From contig NC_058368.1 in the NCBI RefSeq assembly GCF_018350175.1, positions 25,732,001 to 25,796,000 on the forward strand: a stretch of DNA of 64,000 nucleotides. Reading direction: 5' to 3'. The first letter of the stretch is position 1, and every line of letters begins with the position of its first letter. This stretch comes from Felis catus (Eukaryota). The notes under the pieces are model-generated. The model was not told the origin of the DNA. It ran no database searches and saw only the letters and a program-made list of their open reading frames with translations. A program made the translations under genes and the position numbers. Below, piece after piece: positions 53,330 to 64,000 of this stretch.

Positions 53330-54559
53330 AGACAGCAATGATTTGGGCCTGATCTAACTTTGTGCTCCTTCCATCATGATCCCACATCCTTAATATCCAC
53401 TCTCAAACACACATGTGCCCTGGATTTCTACTTGTATAAAACGTAAGTAGCTTGCGGTGTCTGTAAGACGTAAGTAGTTTGTGGTGTCTGTGCGGCTTAG
53501 TCAATTAAGCGGCCAGCTTCGGCTCAGATCTTGCAGTCTGTGAGTTCAAGCCCCACGTCGGGCTCTGTGCTGACAGCTCAGAACCTGGAGCCTGCTTCAA
53601 ATTCTGTGTCTCCCTCTCTCTCTCTGCCCCTCCCCTGCTCATGCTTTGTCTCTCTCTCTCTCTCTCTCTCAAAAATAAAATAAACATTAAAAAAAAAAAA
53701 CTTAAGTAGTTCTTTTGAAGTATAGTGCACTTCCTCCTCAGTCACATTTTGTTCCTCACCCTTGGGGTCTTTTGAAACTTGTGTCTAGTTACAGGTCTGG
53801 GAGCAAAGAGAGGTGGTGAGTGGAGGAGAATTAGGACTGTGGAGCAAGACAACTGCCTTACACAAAGCTATTAGAATTTCTTCCTTAGTTTTCTCAGAGG
53901 AGGTTAGGGAATTTAGGGCATTCTACCACTTGAGGTTGGGGGGTTGCTTCTACGGGCAGTGGGGGGGAAGGCCACTTCTACTGACAACGAAGATTCAGCA
54001 GAATTTAGGACTTCAACGTTCCCAGCTTCATCAGGGTTTTCCCACACATCCCCATTCCAACACACAGGATTTCATTTTTTCCCAACCAATGCCCTTACTT
54101 TAACAGTAGACACCCTTTGAGGCTGGGAGTTCAACCTGTGCTGTACCTGAGTCCCAGAAGGAGCATCTGTGTTTGATTTCTAGCCATCTTAGCCCAGCAG
54201 CTACAGGAGATAAAGGTCTTTAACTTTTTAGCTTTCGGGTTATGTATGCAGTGCTTGAGCTGAGAGAGTTCAAATCCCTGAGCTTGCTTGCCCTTTTCTA
54301 TCACCACTTTGTCCAGCAACATTAGGAGCAACCAGCCAATCTCTTTATGTTTGCGACTTTTCCAAAAGTCACAGTCACCCAGATCCTTGCTTCTTATAAG
54401 TGGTCAGTTAGGCATAGCACAGGCAGTTATTTTATGTATCAACATAGCCCAGTGACACAATGGACTATCAGTGCTCTCTTTACTACTGTGAATAGAGTCA
54501 TTAGCATCTTTAAATCTAATCAGATTAGAGACCCAATTCCGGAAACCCAGAACCAATTC
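53330..54559 (-). mobile_element. ERV-L gag remnant with stops and frameshifts; SINE inserted at about 53490-53700
   Basis: Manual translation: LGFRNWVSNLIRFKDANDS...STDSP; IGWLLLMLLDKV; NSQPQRVSTVKVRALVGKK*NPVCWNGDVWENPDEAG; PPLFAPRPVTR; VTEEEVHYTSKELL; EWILRMWDHDGRSTKLDQAQ. These blocks are collinear with HERV-L/MuERV-L Gag as I recall it. Confidence 0.9.
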
Positions 54560-54572
54560 AGAAAATTCATCC

Positions 54573-55143
54573 CTTACAGGAGTGCTGATTCGAAGGGGCA
54601 CGTGGACCACAACGTTTAGAGCAGCACTATCAACAATAGCCAAATTATGGAAAGAGCCCAAAAGTCCATTCACCGATGAATGGATAAAGAAGATTGTGGT
54701 ATATATACATATGTATATTACTCGGCAATCAAAAAGAATGAAATCTTGCCATTTGCAATAACGTGGATGGAACTAGAGTGAATAATGCTAAGCAAAATAA
54801 ATCCATCAGAGAAAGATAAATATCATGATATCACTCATATGTGGAATTCAAGGTACAAAACAGATGAACATAAAGGAAGGGAAGCAAAACTAATATAAGA
54901 ACAGAGAGGGAGACAAACCATAAGAGACTCTTAAATACAGAGAACAAACTGAGGGTTTCTGGCGGGGTTTGGGGTGGGGGAGGGGCTAAATGGGTGATGG
55001 GCATTAAGGAGGGCACTTGTTGGGATGAGCACTGGGTGTTATATGTAAGTGATGAATCCCTAAATTCTATTCCTGAAATCATTATTACACTATATGTTAA
55101 CTAACTTGGATTTGAATTAAAAAAAAAAGAAAGAAAGAAAGAA
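54573..55143 (+). mobile_element. 5'-truncated carnivore L1 inserted in the ERV-L leader
   Basis: ORF2 end, 3' UTR and A-rich tail; TSD agaaaattcatcc at 54560-54572 and 55144-55156. Confidence 0.92.
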
Positions 55144-55178
55144 AGAAAATTCATCCTTAACATACAGTTCCTCTTGAA

Positions 55179-55193
55179 CCACTCTCAATACCA
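55179..55193 (-). other. Degenerate ERV-L primer-binding site (tRNA-Leu type)
   Basis: Minus strand reads LTR..CA GATTT TGGTATTGAGAGTGG TTCAAGAGG, compared with the ERV-L start gattttggtaccaggagtggttc as I recall it. Confidence 0.75.
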
Positions 55194-55198
55194 AAATC

Positions 55199-55871
55199 TG
55201 TATTAGTCGAGGTTTTCCAGAGAAACACACAAGCGTGCACACACACATGGTTAAAAAAAAAAAAAAAATCAGCTGAGAAAAGTCAGTTGGCTTTACTAAG
55301 CAATTCATGAATTCAGCATGAGCAGCATCACATCTAGCAAGTAGAGAAGAGCTCTCATGAGTTGCACAAAATGGAAGGTTTTTATAGGAAGGAGGGTAGA
55401 ACAAGGACATTTTTGGCAAAAGGAAAAAAGAATTGTTCCAGGCAAGTTCACTTCTCCTTAGAGGGAAGCGCAGGAGGTCTTATTAGGTGAAGACCTGATC
55501 CTCCTTTGGGGGACAGAAAGATTGCTGTGGAGGCCACTTTTAGGCAAACAGGCTTGAGCAATGGAATGCGGAAGGAGCCAGACAGGAGGACTGATGGTGT
55601 AAGTACCAGTCTGCGTCTAATGTCCCAGCTTGAAGACAGGCAGAGAAAGAGAATTCTCCCCTCCTGATCTTTTTTTTTTTTTAATTTAGGCCATCAGTGG
55701 ATTGGATCAGGCCCACTCACAGGGGAAGGACAATGTATTTTACGTGGTCTACTGTTTCAAATGTGAATCCATTCAATAACATCCTGACAGACACCCCCAG
55801 AATAACGTTCGACCAAACATCTGGGCAACGCGAGGCCCAGTCAAGTTGACACATAAAACTGACCCATCACA
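55199..55871 (-). mobile_element. MLT2-type 5' LTR of the ERV-L, with an apparently unrelated LTR segment inside (about 55268-55530)
   Basis: Plus-strand ends tgtattagtcgaggttttccagagaaaca and cccagtcaagttgacacataaaactgacccatcaca are typical MLT2 termini; adjoins the PBS and gag. Confidence 0.85.
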
Positions 55872-56360
55872 GGGGCGCCTGGTTGTCTCAGTCAGTGGAG
55901 TGTGTGACTTTGTTTTTTTAGGTGGGCTTCACGCCCAACGCAGAGCCCAAGGAAGGGCTCAAACTCACAACACCGAGACCAAGACCTGAGCTGAGTGAAA
56001 TCAAGAGTCGACGCCTGACCAACTGAGCCACCCAGGCGCCCGAGCTTGTGACTCTTGATCTTGGGGTTGTGAGCTTGAACCCCACCTTGGGCGTAGAGAT
56101 TACTTAAAAATAAAATCCTAAGGGGCGCCTGGGTGGCTCAGCTGGTTGAGCATCTGACTCAACCTCGGTTCAGGTCATGATTTTGCGTTTGGTGAGATCC
56201 AGCCCCTGGGTCCGGCTCTGCACTGACAGCACAGAGCCTGCTTGAGATTCTCTCTCCTTCTCTCTGTGCCCCTCCCCAACTCACAGGCACACACTCTCCC
56301 TCAAGATAAATAAAATAAACTTTAAAAATAAATAAATAAAATAAATCTTAAAAAAAAAAA
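55872..56360. mobile_element. Triple SINE nest at the MLT2 terminus
   Basis: Outer TSD aaaactgacccatcaca / aaaacctgaccatcata; inner inverted SINE at about 55911-56041 flanked by tgtgact; third SINE from 56122. Confidence 0.8.
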
Positions 56361-56867
56361 AAACCTGACCATCATAGATACAGGGTTCTGTATACAGTGC
56401 CCCAAAAGATAACTTTTTTTTTTAAGTTTATTTATTTGTTTGCGAGAGAGAGAGAAAGAGCATACTCTTGAGCAGGGTAGGAGCAAAGAGAAAGGAGAGA
56501 GAGAATCCCAAGCAGGCTGTACACTAACAGCTCGTTCTCACAAACTATGAGATTATAACCTGAACCCAAACCAAGAGTCGGACCCTTAACCGATTAAGCC
56601 ACCCAGGTACCCTTAACTCCAAAATTCGCTGCTCTCCCAGATGATTGACTCGTCAAGTTCTCATTAAATCTTTTAAGGCACAGATGCAAGCCAAGGAGAG
56701 AGGACTCAACTCACTGCTGCCTGAAATTTTTCCAAGAAGTCAGCAGGGAACTCCCCCAGGGCTTGTAATTCAGAACACCACAATTCTATCTTGTAGCCGC
56801 TGGAGTAGAAGCAGCATAGTCATTAGAGGAGATGCAACGAGTGGGTTGAGGGAATGGGAATATTAAC

Positions 56868-57404
56868 TGTAGCTGAGTTTTGTAACCAAACTATCCTGAG
56901 CGCCTTGATGAGTTAGAGGTAGACACCGTAGCAGGTGGAGTTTTCACACAAAGTGCTCTATTTGCAACAAATATGGAGATCAAGGAGAGTAACTTTCAAA
57001 GCCGTGACTCCCCAAGTGGGGGCGGGGAGGGGTGAGCAGCTTCTTTTTATTTAGGTTCGAGATGAATATTCATTCAGAAAGGGGAGATTTGTAAAGGCAG
57101 GCATTAGCTTGTGCAGGCGTACTTGAGCATCCTGTGTTAATGACAATAGAGCTTGTGTTCCCCCTTGGGCGGAGACTTTAACATTTTAATGAAGCAGAGG
57201 AAACCCTGGGGCTATGGACACGCTCTGAGAGCAGTATAAACTGGATGGGGTTCTTGGATTCGTTTTCTCAGACAAGGAATGCAGGGCCTTACTTATTTTT
57301 GAAACAGCACTGGGAGTTTTACCATCGATTAGTTGTTATTCGTGTGGTTAGGCTATTTCCTGGCTCTGTAGAGACTGTTCATTTTTTACATTTGTTTTGT
57401 TACA
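56868..57404 (-). mobile_element. Probable solo LTR (family not assigned)
   Basis: tgta...taca termini, near-TSD ttaac/ttaaa, LTR-like size and composition. Confidence 0.5.
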
Positions 57405-57441
57405 TTAAAATTCTTAACTACTGAGGTTTTAGCATTTCTTT

Positions 57442-58994
57442 TTTTTTAATATAATTTAACTTTATTTTTTTTATTTTTTAAGATTTACATCCAAATTAGT
57501 TAGTATATAGTGAAGCAATGATTTCAGGAGTAAATTCCTTAATGCCCCTTAGCTGTTTAGCCCATCTCCCCTCCCACAACCCCTCCAGCAACCCTCAGTT
57601 TGTTCTTCATATTTATGAGTCTCTTTTGTTTTGTCCCCCTCCCTGTTTTTATATTATTTTTGTTTCCCTTCCCTTATGTTCATCTGTTTTGTCTCTTAAA
57701 GTCCTCATATGAGTGAAGTCATGATTTTTGTCTTTCTCTGACTAATTTCACCTAGCATAATACCCTCCAGTTCCATCCACGTAGTTGCAAATGGCAAGAT
57801 TTCATTCTTTTTGATTGCCGAGTAATACTCCATTGTATATATACACCACATCTTCTTTATCCATTCATCCATCGATGGACATTGGGGCTGTTTCCATAGT
57901 TTGGCTACTGTCGATAGTGCTGCTACAAACATGGGGGTGCATGTGTCCCTTCGAAACAGCATACCTGTATCCCTTGGGTAAATGCCTAGTAGTGCAATTG
58001 CTGGGTCGTAGGGTAGCTCTATTTTTAGTTTTTTGAGAAACCTCCATACTGGCTGCACCAGCTTGCATTCCCACCAACAATGAAAAAGAGATCCTCTTTC
58101 TCTGCATCCTCGCCAACATCTGTTGTTGCCTGAGTTGTTAATGTTAGCCATTCTGACAGGTGTAAGGTGGTATCTTATTGTGGTTTTGATTTGTATTCCC
58201 TGATGATGAGTGGTGTTGATAATTTTTTCATGTATCGGTTGGCCATCTGGATGTCTTCTTTGGAGAAATGTCTATTCATGTCTTTTGCCCATTTCTTCAC
58301 TAGATTATTTGTTTTTTGGGTGTTGAGTTTGAGAAGTTCTTTGTACATTTTGGGTACTAATCCTTTATCTGCTATGTCATTTGCAAATATCTTCTCCCAT
58401 TCTGTCGGTTGCCTTTTAGTTTTGCTGATTGTTTCCTTAGCTGTGTAGAAGCTTTTTGTTTTGATGAGGTCCCAGTAGTTCATTTTTGCTTTTGTTTCCC
58501 TTGCCTCCAGAGACATGTTGAGCAAGAAATTGCTGCGGGCAAGATCAAAGAGGTTTTTGCCTGCTTTCTCCTTGAGGATTTTGATGGCTTCCTATCTTAC
58601 GTTGAGGTCTTTCACCCACTTTGAGTTTATTTTTGCGTATGGTGTAAGAAAGTGGTCCAGGGTCATTTTTCTGCATGTCGCTATCTAGTTTTCCCAGCAC
58701 CACTTGCTGAAGAGACTGTCTTTATTCCATTGGATATTCTTTCCTGCTTTGTCAAAGATTAGTTGCCCATACGTTGGTGCCCATACCATACTGTCTTGAT
58801 GATTACAGCTTTGTAGTATAGCTTGAAGTCTGGGATTGTGATGCCTCCTGCTTTGGTTTTCTTTTTCAAGATTGCTTTGGCTATTCGGGTCTTTTCTGGT
58901 TCCATACAAATTTTAGTATTATTTGTTATAGCTCTGTGAAGAATGCTGGTGTTACTTTGATAGGGATTGCGTTGAATATGTAGATTGCTTTGGG
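57442..58994 (-). mobile_element. 5'-truncated carnivore/felid L1, about 1.55 kb (ORF2 C-terminus and 3' UTR), disrupted
   Basis: ORF-track peptides ([56 protein letters not shown]); TSD tgaggtttt(a/t)gcatttcttt at 57422-57441 and 58995-59014. Confidence 0.96.
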
Positions 58995-59350
58995 TGAGGT
59001 TTTTGCATTTCTTTGTAATTTTGACATCTACTAGAATGTTCTGCAAGAAGTGTGCCAGGGCAAGTAGAGACGGCAGGGCATAGATAACAGAAACAGTTGG
59101 GGACCTAAAATGACTTGTGTCACAAAAGTGATGTCTCCACTTCCTTTTTCTGCAGACCCTAACTCTTTCTGCTTGTAAGTCCACTCTCAGATTTTGTCCT
59201 TGGCCATCCCACATGGGCCCAGTATCTTTCTAGGCCAGAGAGTCTATTTGTTCATATTCAGAAACATTCTAGCATGGCAAGAACACCACCATAGAATTCT
59301 TCTCAGAAAGCTAGACTTACTATATATCAGTTATTAATATAAAGATTTCA

Positions 59351-59805
59351 GGGGCGCCTGGGTGGCGCAGTCGGTTGAGCGTCCGACTTCAGCCAGGTCA
59401 CGATCTCACGGTCCGTGAGTTCGAGCCCCACGTCAGGCTCTGGGCTGATGGCTCGGACCCTGGAGCCTGTTTCCGATTCTGTGTCTCCCTCTCTCTCTGC
59501 CCCTCCCCCGTTCATGCTCTGTCTCTCTCTGTCCCAAAAATAAATAAACGTTGAAAAAAAAATTAAAAAAAAATATATATATATAAAGATTTCATTCAGG
59601 GGCACCTAGGTGGCGCAGTCGGTTGAACATCCAACTTTGGCTCAGGTCATGATCTCATGATTTGTGAGTTTGAGCCCTGCATTAGGGTCACTGCTGATGG
59701 TGTGGAGCCTGCTTGGGATCCTCTCCTTCTCTCTCTCTCCGCCCCTCCCTCTCGAGTGTGTGCGTGCGTGCTCTCTCACTTTCAAAAATAAACATTAAAA
59801 ACCGA
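59351..59805 (+). mobile_element. Young SINEC_Fc (TSD atataaagatttca) ahead of an older SINE starting at about 59599
   Basis: TSD read on both flanks of the first element. Confidence 0.93.
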
Positions 59806-60812
59806 GAAAACATTATTTTAAAAAGCTTTTCATTCAAAATTTACAAATGAATTTTGAAATGTGGCAATTAATTAGATTTCCCGTATGTTAGTGATGTCAT
59901 AGGTAGATCATTTTGCTTTGGTTTCACACCAAGGCTATAAAACCCCATCTCAAAATTCCCCTGGTGCTTCCCTCTGCCTCATCCGTTTTCTTGCCCACAT
60001 CAGTTCACCCCTCCTCCCTGGGAGATTCCTTCCTTCTTTTTTCCGTCATGCACGATCAAAAAGAAACACTCCCTAAAATAGCTTCCATATTGTTAAGCAC
60101 GGCTTTGGAGTCAAACATATTTTCAAGTCATAGCCCTGCTGCATGGTAGCCTACTTCTTTTATCATCTCTACACCTATTTCCTAGCTTATAAAATGGGGT
60201 GACTATACCTGCCTCGTAAGGTTCTTACTTGACTAAATGAGAAAACAAATCAAAAGGATTTAACCCTATGATGTGAAAACTATTTGGTAACTGCATTAAT
60301 TATACTGGGTCAAATCATGGGAAGGAAACACAAAAGATTTATTACAGGCAGTGGTGTGCGGATGGATGTTTCACAGGTGGCTTCTCCTAACCCCCAGGAA
60401 AAGCCCCGGTTGGTTGTGTTTGCCTGATTTGTAGTGTAGAGTCGGATGAGATGCATTGAAGCATGCCATCGTACAGAATTTCACCATATGGATTCATTAG
60501 ACGTAAATAACTTCAAGAGCATACATGATAGTAAAATAGGAAGTGATGAGTTTGGGGTTTTTATTAGGTTGGTGTGTAACACATTTAATTGTTTAGTGCT
60601 CTGGAAAAAGGGGGTAGCTCTGTAAACCCTCAAGGGAGAAGGACCTGTTTGTGTCTGTGGAACAGAGAGGATGCCCATGGGCAGGGTTCAATGACTCAAT
60701 GGGGAGGCAGTGCCAGTGCCATCAGTTGAAGAGGCAATTGGGGGGGGGGGCGGTAAACAGATGATGCAAGGCCCCGGAGGCCTTTTTCCGATCAAATATA
60801 AACTGGCAGAAG

Positions 60813-60950
60813 AGGGACACCTGGGGGGCTCAGTCGGTTAAGCGGCTGACTTCGGCCCAGGTCATGATCTCACGGTTTGGGAGTTTGAGCTCCATATCAG
60901 GCTCTCTGCTGTCAGTGCAGAGCCTGCTTCAGATCCTCTGCCCCTCCCCT

Positions 60951-60993
<43 letters not shown>

Positions 60994-61872
60994 AATAAAT
61001 AAAAACATTTAAAAATATTTAAAAAAAATGAAAAAATAAACTGGCAAGAGATTTTAAAACTTGAGTACAAAATAATCAGATTTACATATTTTTTTAAGTT
61101 TTTTTTTTTTAAAGTTTATTTATTTATTTTGATGGCTCAGTCGGTTGCGCTTCCGACTTCGGCTCAGATCATGATCTCACAGTTCATGGGTTCAAGCCCC
61201 AGGTAGGTCTTTACACAGACAGCCTGGAGCCTGCTTCCGATTCTCTGTCTCCCTCTCTCTGTCCCTCCTCCACTCATTCTCTCTCTCCCTCTCAAAAATA
61301 AACATTAAAAAAAATTTTTTTTAATAAATAAAGTTTATTTATTTGAGAGAGTGATAACAGGGCAGAAGCAGACAGAGGGAGAGACAAAGAATCCCAAGCA
61401 GGCTCCACATGAGTACAGAGCCTGATCTGGGTTCAAACTCATGCAGAACTCAAGAATTAGGAGATCATGACCTGAGCCAACATCAAGAGTCAGACACTTA
61501 ACCAACTGAGCCACCCAGGCACCCCAAGTTTATTTTTAAAAATAATCTCTATATTCAACATGGGGCTCCAACTCACAACCCTGAGATTAACAGTTGCATA
61601 CTCTTCCAACTGAACCCGCCAGAGGCTCCTCAGTTTACGTGTTTAAAAACATTCCTCCAGGGGCGCCTGGGGGCTCAGTAGGCTGGGTGTCCGACTTTGG
61701 CTCAGGTCATGATCTCACCGTTCTTGGGTTCCAGCCCCGCGGTGGGCTCTGTGCTGACAGCTCAGTGTCTGGAGCCTGCTTTGGATTCTGTGTCTCCCTC
61801 TCTCTCTGCCCCTCCCCCGCTCACACTCTGTCTCTGTCTCTCTCAAAAATAAACAAACATTTAAAAAAAAAA
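60813..61872. mobile_element. Dense cluster of about five SINEs in mixed orientation, including nesting
   Basis: Heads near 60813(+), 61133(+), 61525(-), 61628(-) and 61660(+). Confidence 0.85.
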
Positions 61873-63079
61873 GATTCCTCTAGTAGATGTGCAAAAAAAA
61901 AAGGGGGGGGGGCAGAAAGGAAATTAAGATATCAGTTCAGACATTATTGCACTGATGCAAGTGGAAGAGGACAGTGGTTTGGATTAGGAAGGTGGCAGTG
62001 GAGACGAGAGGTAAATGAATTGGACACATATAGATAGATTCAAGAGGTAGAGTTGACAGGGCTTTGTGATTCCTCACTGCATAGCAGAATAGGACCATCT
62101 GACAAGTGATAAGTCAGTACAAGGAAACAAAACACACCTGTCAGCACGCACACAGTATCGTTCCTTCTAGGAGATCAGACAAGGCTCTGGATGTATTTTG
62201 CCCGACCAGATGACACAAAGCAGTTGAATTGCTTCTGTTAAGTGTTATGTATGATGTAACATATGGCTGCTGTGGCCTACAAGAAGCCCTCATTGTCAGT
62301 AAGTCAATTGAATTGTCCATTAGGGATTACTCTGGAAATAAAGTGTTAAATAAAGCATTGGAAAATTTAATTTGTGGTCACTGTCATGAAATCCAATTTG
62401 TTTTCATATAGAATTTACCAAAACTTTTATATCACATTTTATATATTAAATAAAATTGTAGCTAAGAAACAGCATGGAAATACTTGGTCAAAGGACCCAG
62501 GTAAAAATCACAAATAACAGTAAGTCCTAAAATACCATATTAAACAGATGGATCCTCACTAATGCCCAGATTTCAAAGCCAGAGAAGCCACACGTGCTGA
62601 ATATCGATGAGGGATCATGTCCACACTTCTGCCGAGAGCAAAATCTAGGGGTTTCCCTATTAATGCATCAGACTTTTACTCCCAGTACACAAACATCATG
62701 GGCAGGCCAATTTTCACAGGCAGGGTTAGGTGAAAATGTTAGCTAAACCAAGCACAGTCCCCACACCCACCCATCAGTGGGTAGAGTTGAGAAAAGTTCA
62801 GTTTAAGGCTGCTTTCTGTAAGGAGAGCTCTTGCCACAGCTTTGTCAATGGAACCTTCACTTCTGTCTCATATAAACAGCTGAGTTGATAATGGCTCTGT
62901 TCCATGGAGGGGCTGGGGGCCAAGGGTGCTTCCATTTTACTATTTCACCATCACTGAAGTGCTCCCCTTTTCTACATGGTGGACCACGATGTCTGCATGT
63001 TCCAACCAGCAGGAAAAGGGAAAGGGGAAGAAGGTTTATACCTCCTTTTGTCTAGAGCTTAAAAATATTTTTTTTTTCC

Positions 63080-63167
63080 GGAGCAACATTATTCACAATA
63101 GCCAAAAGGTGGAAGCCACACACACAAGTGTCCATGGGAGGAAGAAAGGATAAACAAAATGTGGTAT

Positions 63168-63199
<32 letters not shown>

Positions 63200-63620
63200 A
63201 CACACACACACATAGTGGAATATTATTCAGCTTTAAAAAAAAGGAAGGAAATTCAGACACGTGCTACAACATGGATGAACCTTGCGGACATTACGTTAAG
63301 TGAAATAAGCAAGTCACAAAAGGACAAGTATGTGTGATTCCACTTATATGAGGTACCTAGAGTAGTCAACTTCATAAAAACATGGTAGAAAAAAAGGTAA
63401 AATGGTGGTTGCCAGCGGTTAAAGGAGGAGGGAATGAGGAACTACTGTTTAATGAGCAAAGAATATCTGATTTGCAAGATGAAAGATTCCTGGAGATGGA
63501 TGGTGGTGATGGTTGCACAACAATATGCATGTACTTAATGTCACTGAAATATACACTTGAAAATGGTTAAGAGGGTAAATTTTATGTTATATGTATTTTA
63601 CCACAAGTTTTAAAAACACC
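63080..63620 (+). mobile_element. L1MA/MB-like 3' end with an internal (CA)n
   Basis: VEYYSALKKRKEIQTRATTWMNLADITLSEISKSQKDKY; ends aatggttaagagggtaaattttatgttatatgtattttaccaca. Confidence 0.88.
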
Positions 63621-64000
63621 TAAAATATTTAAAAAAATAAAAAAAATTTTATAGTTCCGATTGGGATCCAAGGGTCACACGCATTGTGATTGGCTGAGAT
63701 ATCTTCTAGTTTCCACTTTGTCTCTTTCTCTCTCATTGCTATTAAAAAAAAAAGGGTGGGGGAGGGCACCTGGCTGTCTCAGGAAGAGCATGCGGATCTT
63801 GATCTCAGGGTCGTGAGTTCAAGCCCCATGTTGGTGTACAGACTACTAAAAAATAAATAGACTTTAAACAAATTTTTAAAACTAGATTCGTTTTCCTGTA
63901 TACTTTTCTGCATTCTGTATTTTGCTGATTGTATCCTCAGGGTGTCATTTCTGATGTGCCTCCTTCCCTTTGATTTCCTACAAATTGGTACTTAGATTTT

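Noticed and set aside
54512..54522. AAATCTAATCA as a DUX-family binding site in the ERV-L
   Set aside because: One mismatch to TAATCTAATCA, lies in gag rather than the LTR, and is expected by chance in AT-rich DNA
54131..54673. ERV-L gag ORFs as a domesticated Fv1-like gene
   Set aside because: In-frame stops, frameshifts, a SINE inside gag and an L1 in the leader; only short fragments remain open
58759..59214. 151-aa ORF that looks like a chimeric novel protein
   Set aside because: Chance read-through from flanking DNA across the L1 5' truncation point into the ORF2 frame

Overview
Mammalian genomic DNA, almost certainly a felid, given the dense SINEC_Fc-type tRNA-derived SINEs and carnivore L1 3' ends. 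The window holds the 5' part of GTF2F2 (TFIIF beta / RAP30) on the minus strand: a CpG-island promoter near 50.0-50.3 kb and coding exons 1-4 (66, 74, 19 and 145 nt, all GT-AG, 101 codons plus 1 nt). Intron 4 runs off the left edge. The rest is mostly interspersed repeat: more than 50 SINEs (by-eye estimate, many nested or serially inserted, with readable target-site duplications, TSDs), L1 and L2 fragments, MLT1/LTR16/LTR33-like LTRs, MER20 and a Charlie-type hAT remnant. Upstream of the promoter is a decayed ERV-L provirus (MLT2-type LTR, Leu primer-binding site, gag) among several LTRs co-oriented with the gene. I found no convincing new biological system. The best leads are regulatory and all are inferences: a TCT/5'TOP-type initiator, an in-frame CUG N-terminal extension, a candidate poison exon in intron 4, a frame-shifting 19-nt microexon, and the upstream LTR cluster. 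Repeat family names come from recognising the sequence, not from a database search, and repeat boundaries without TSDs are approximate.
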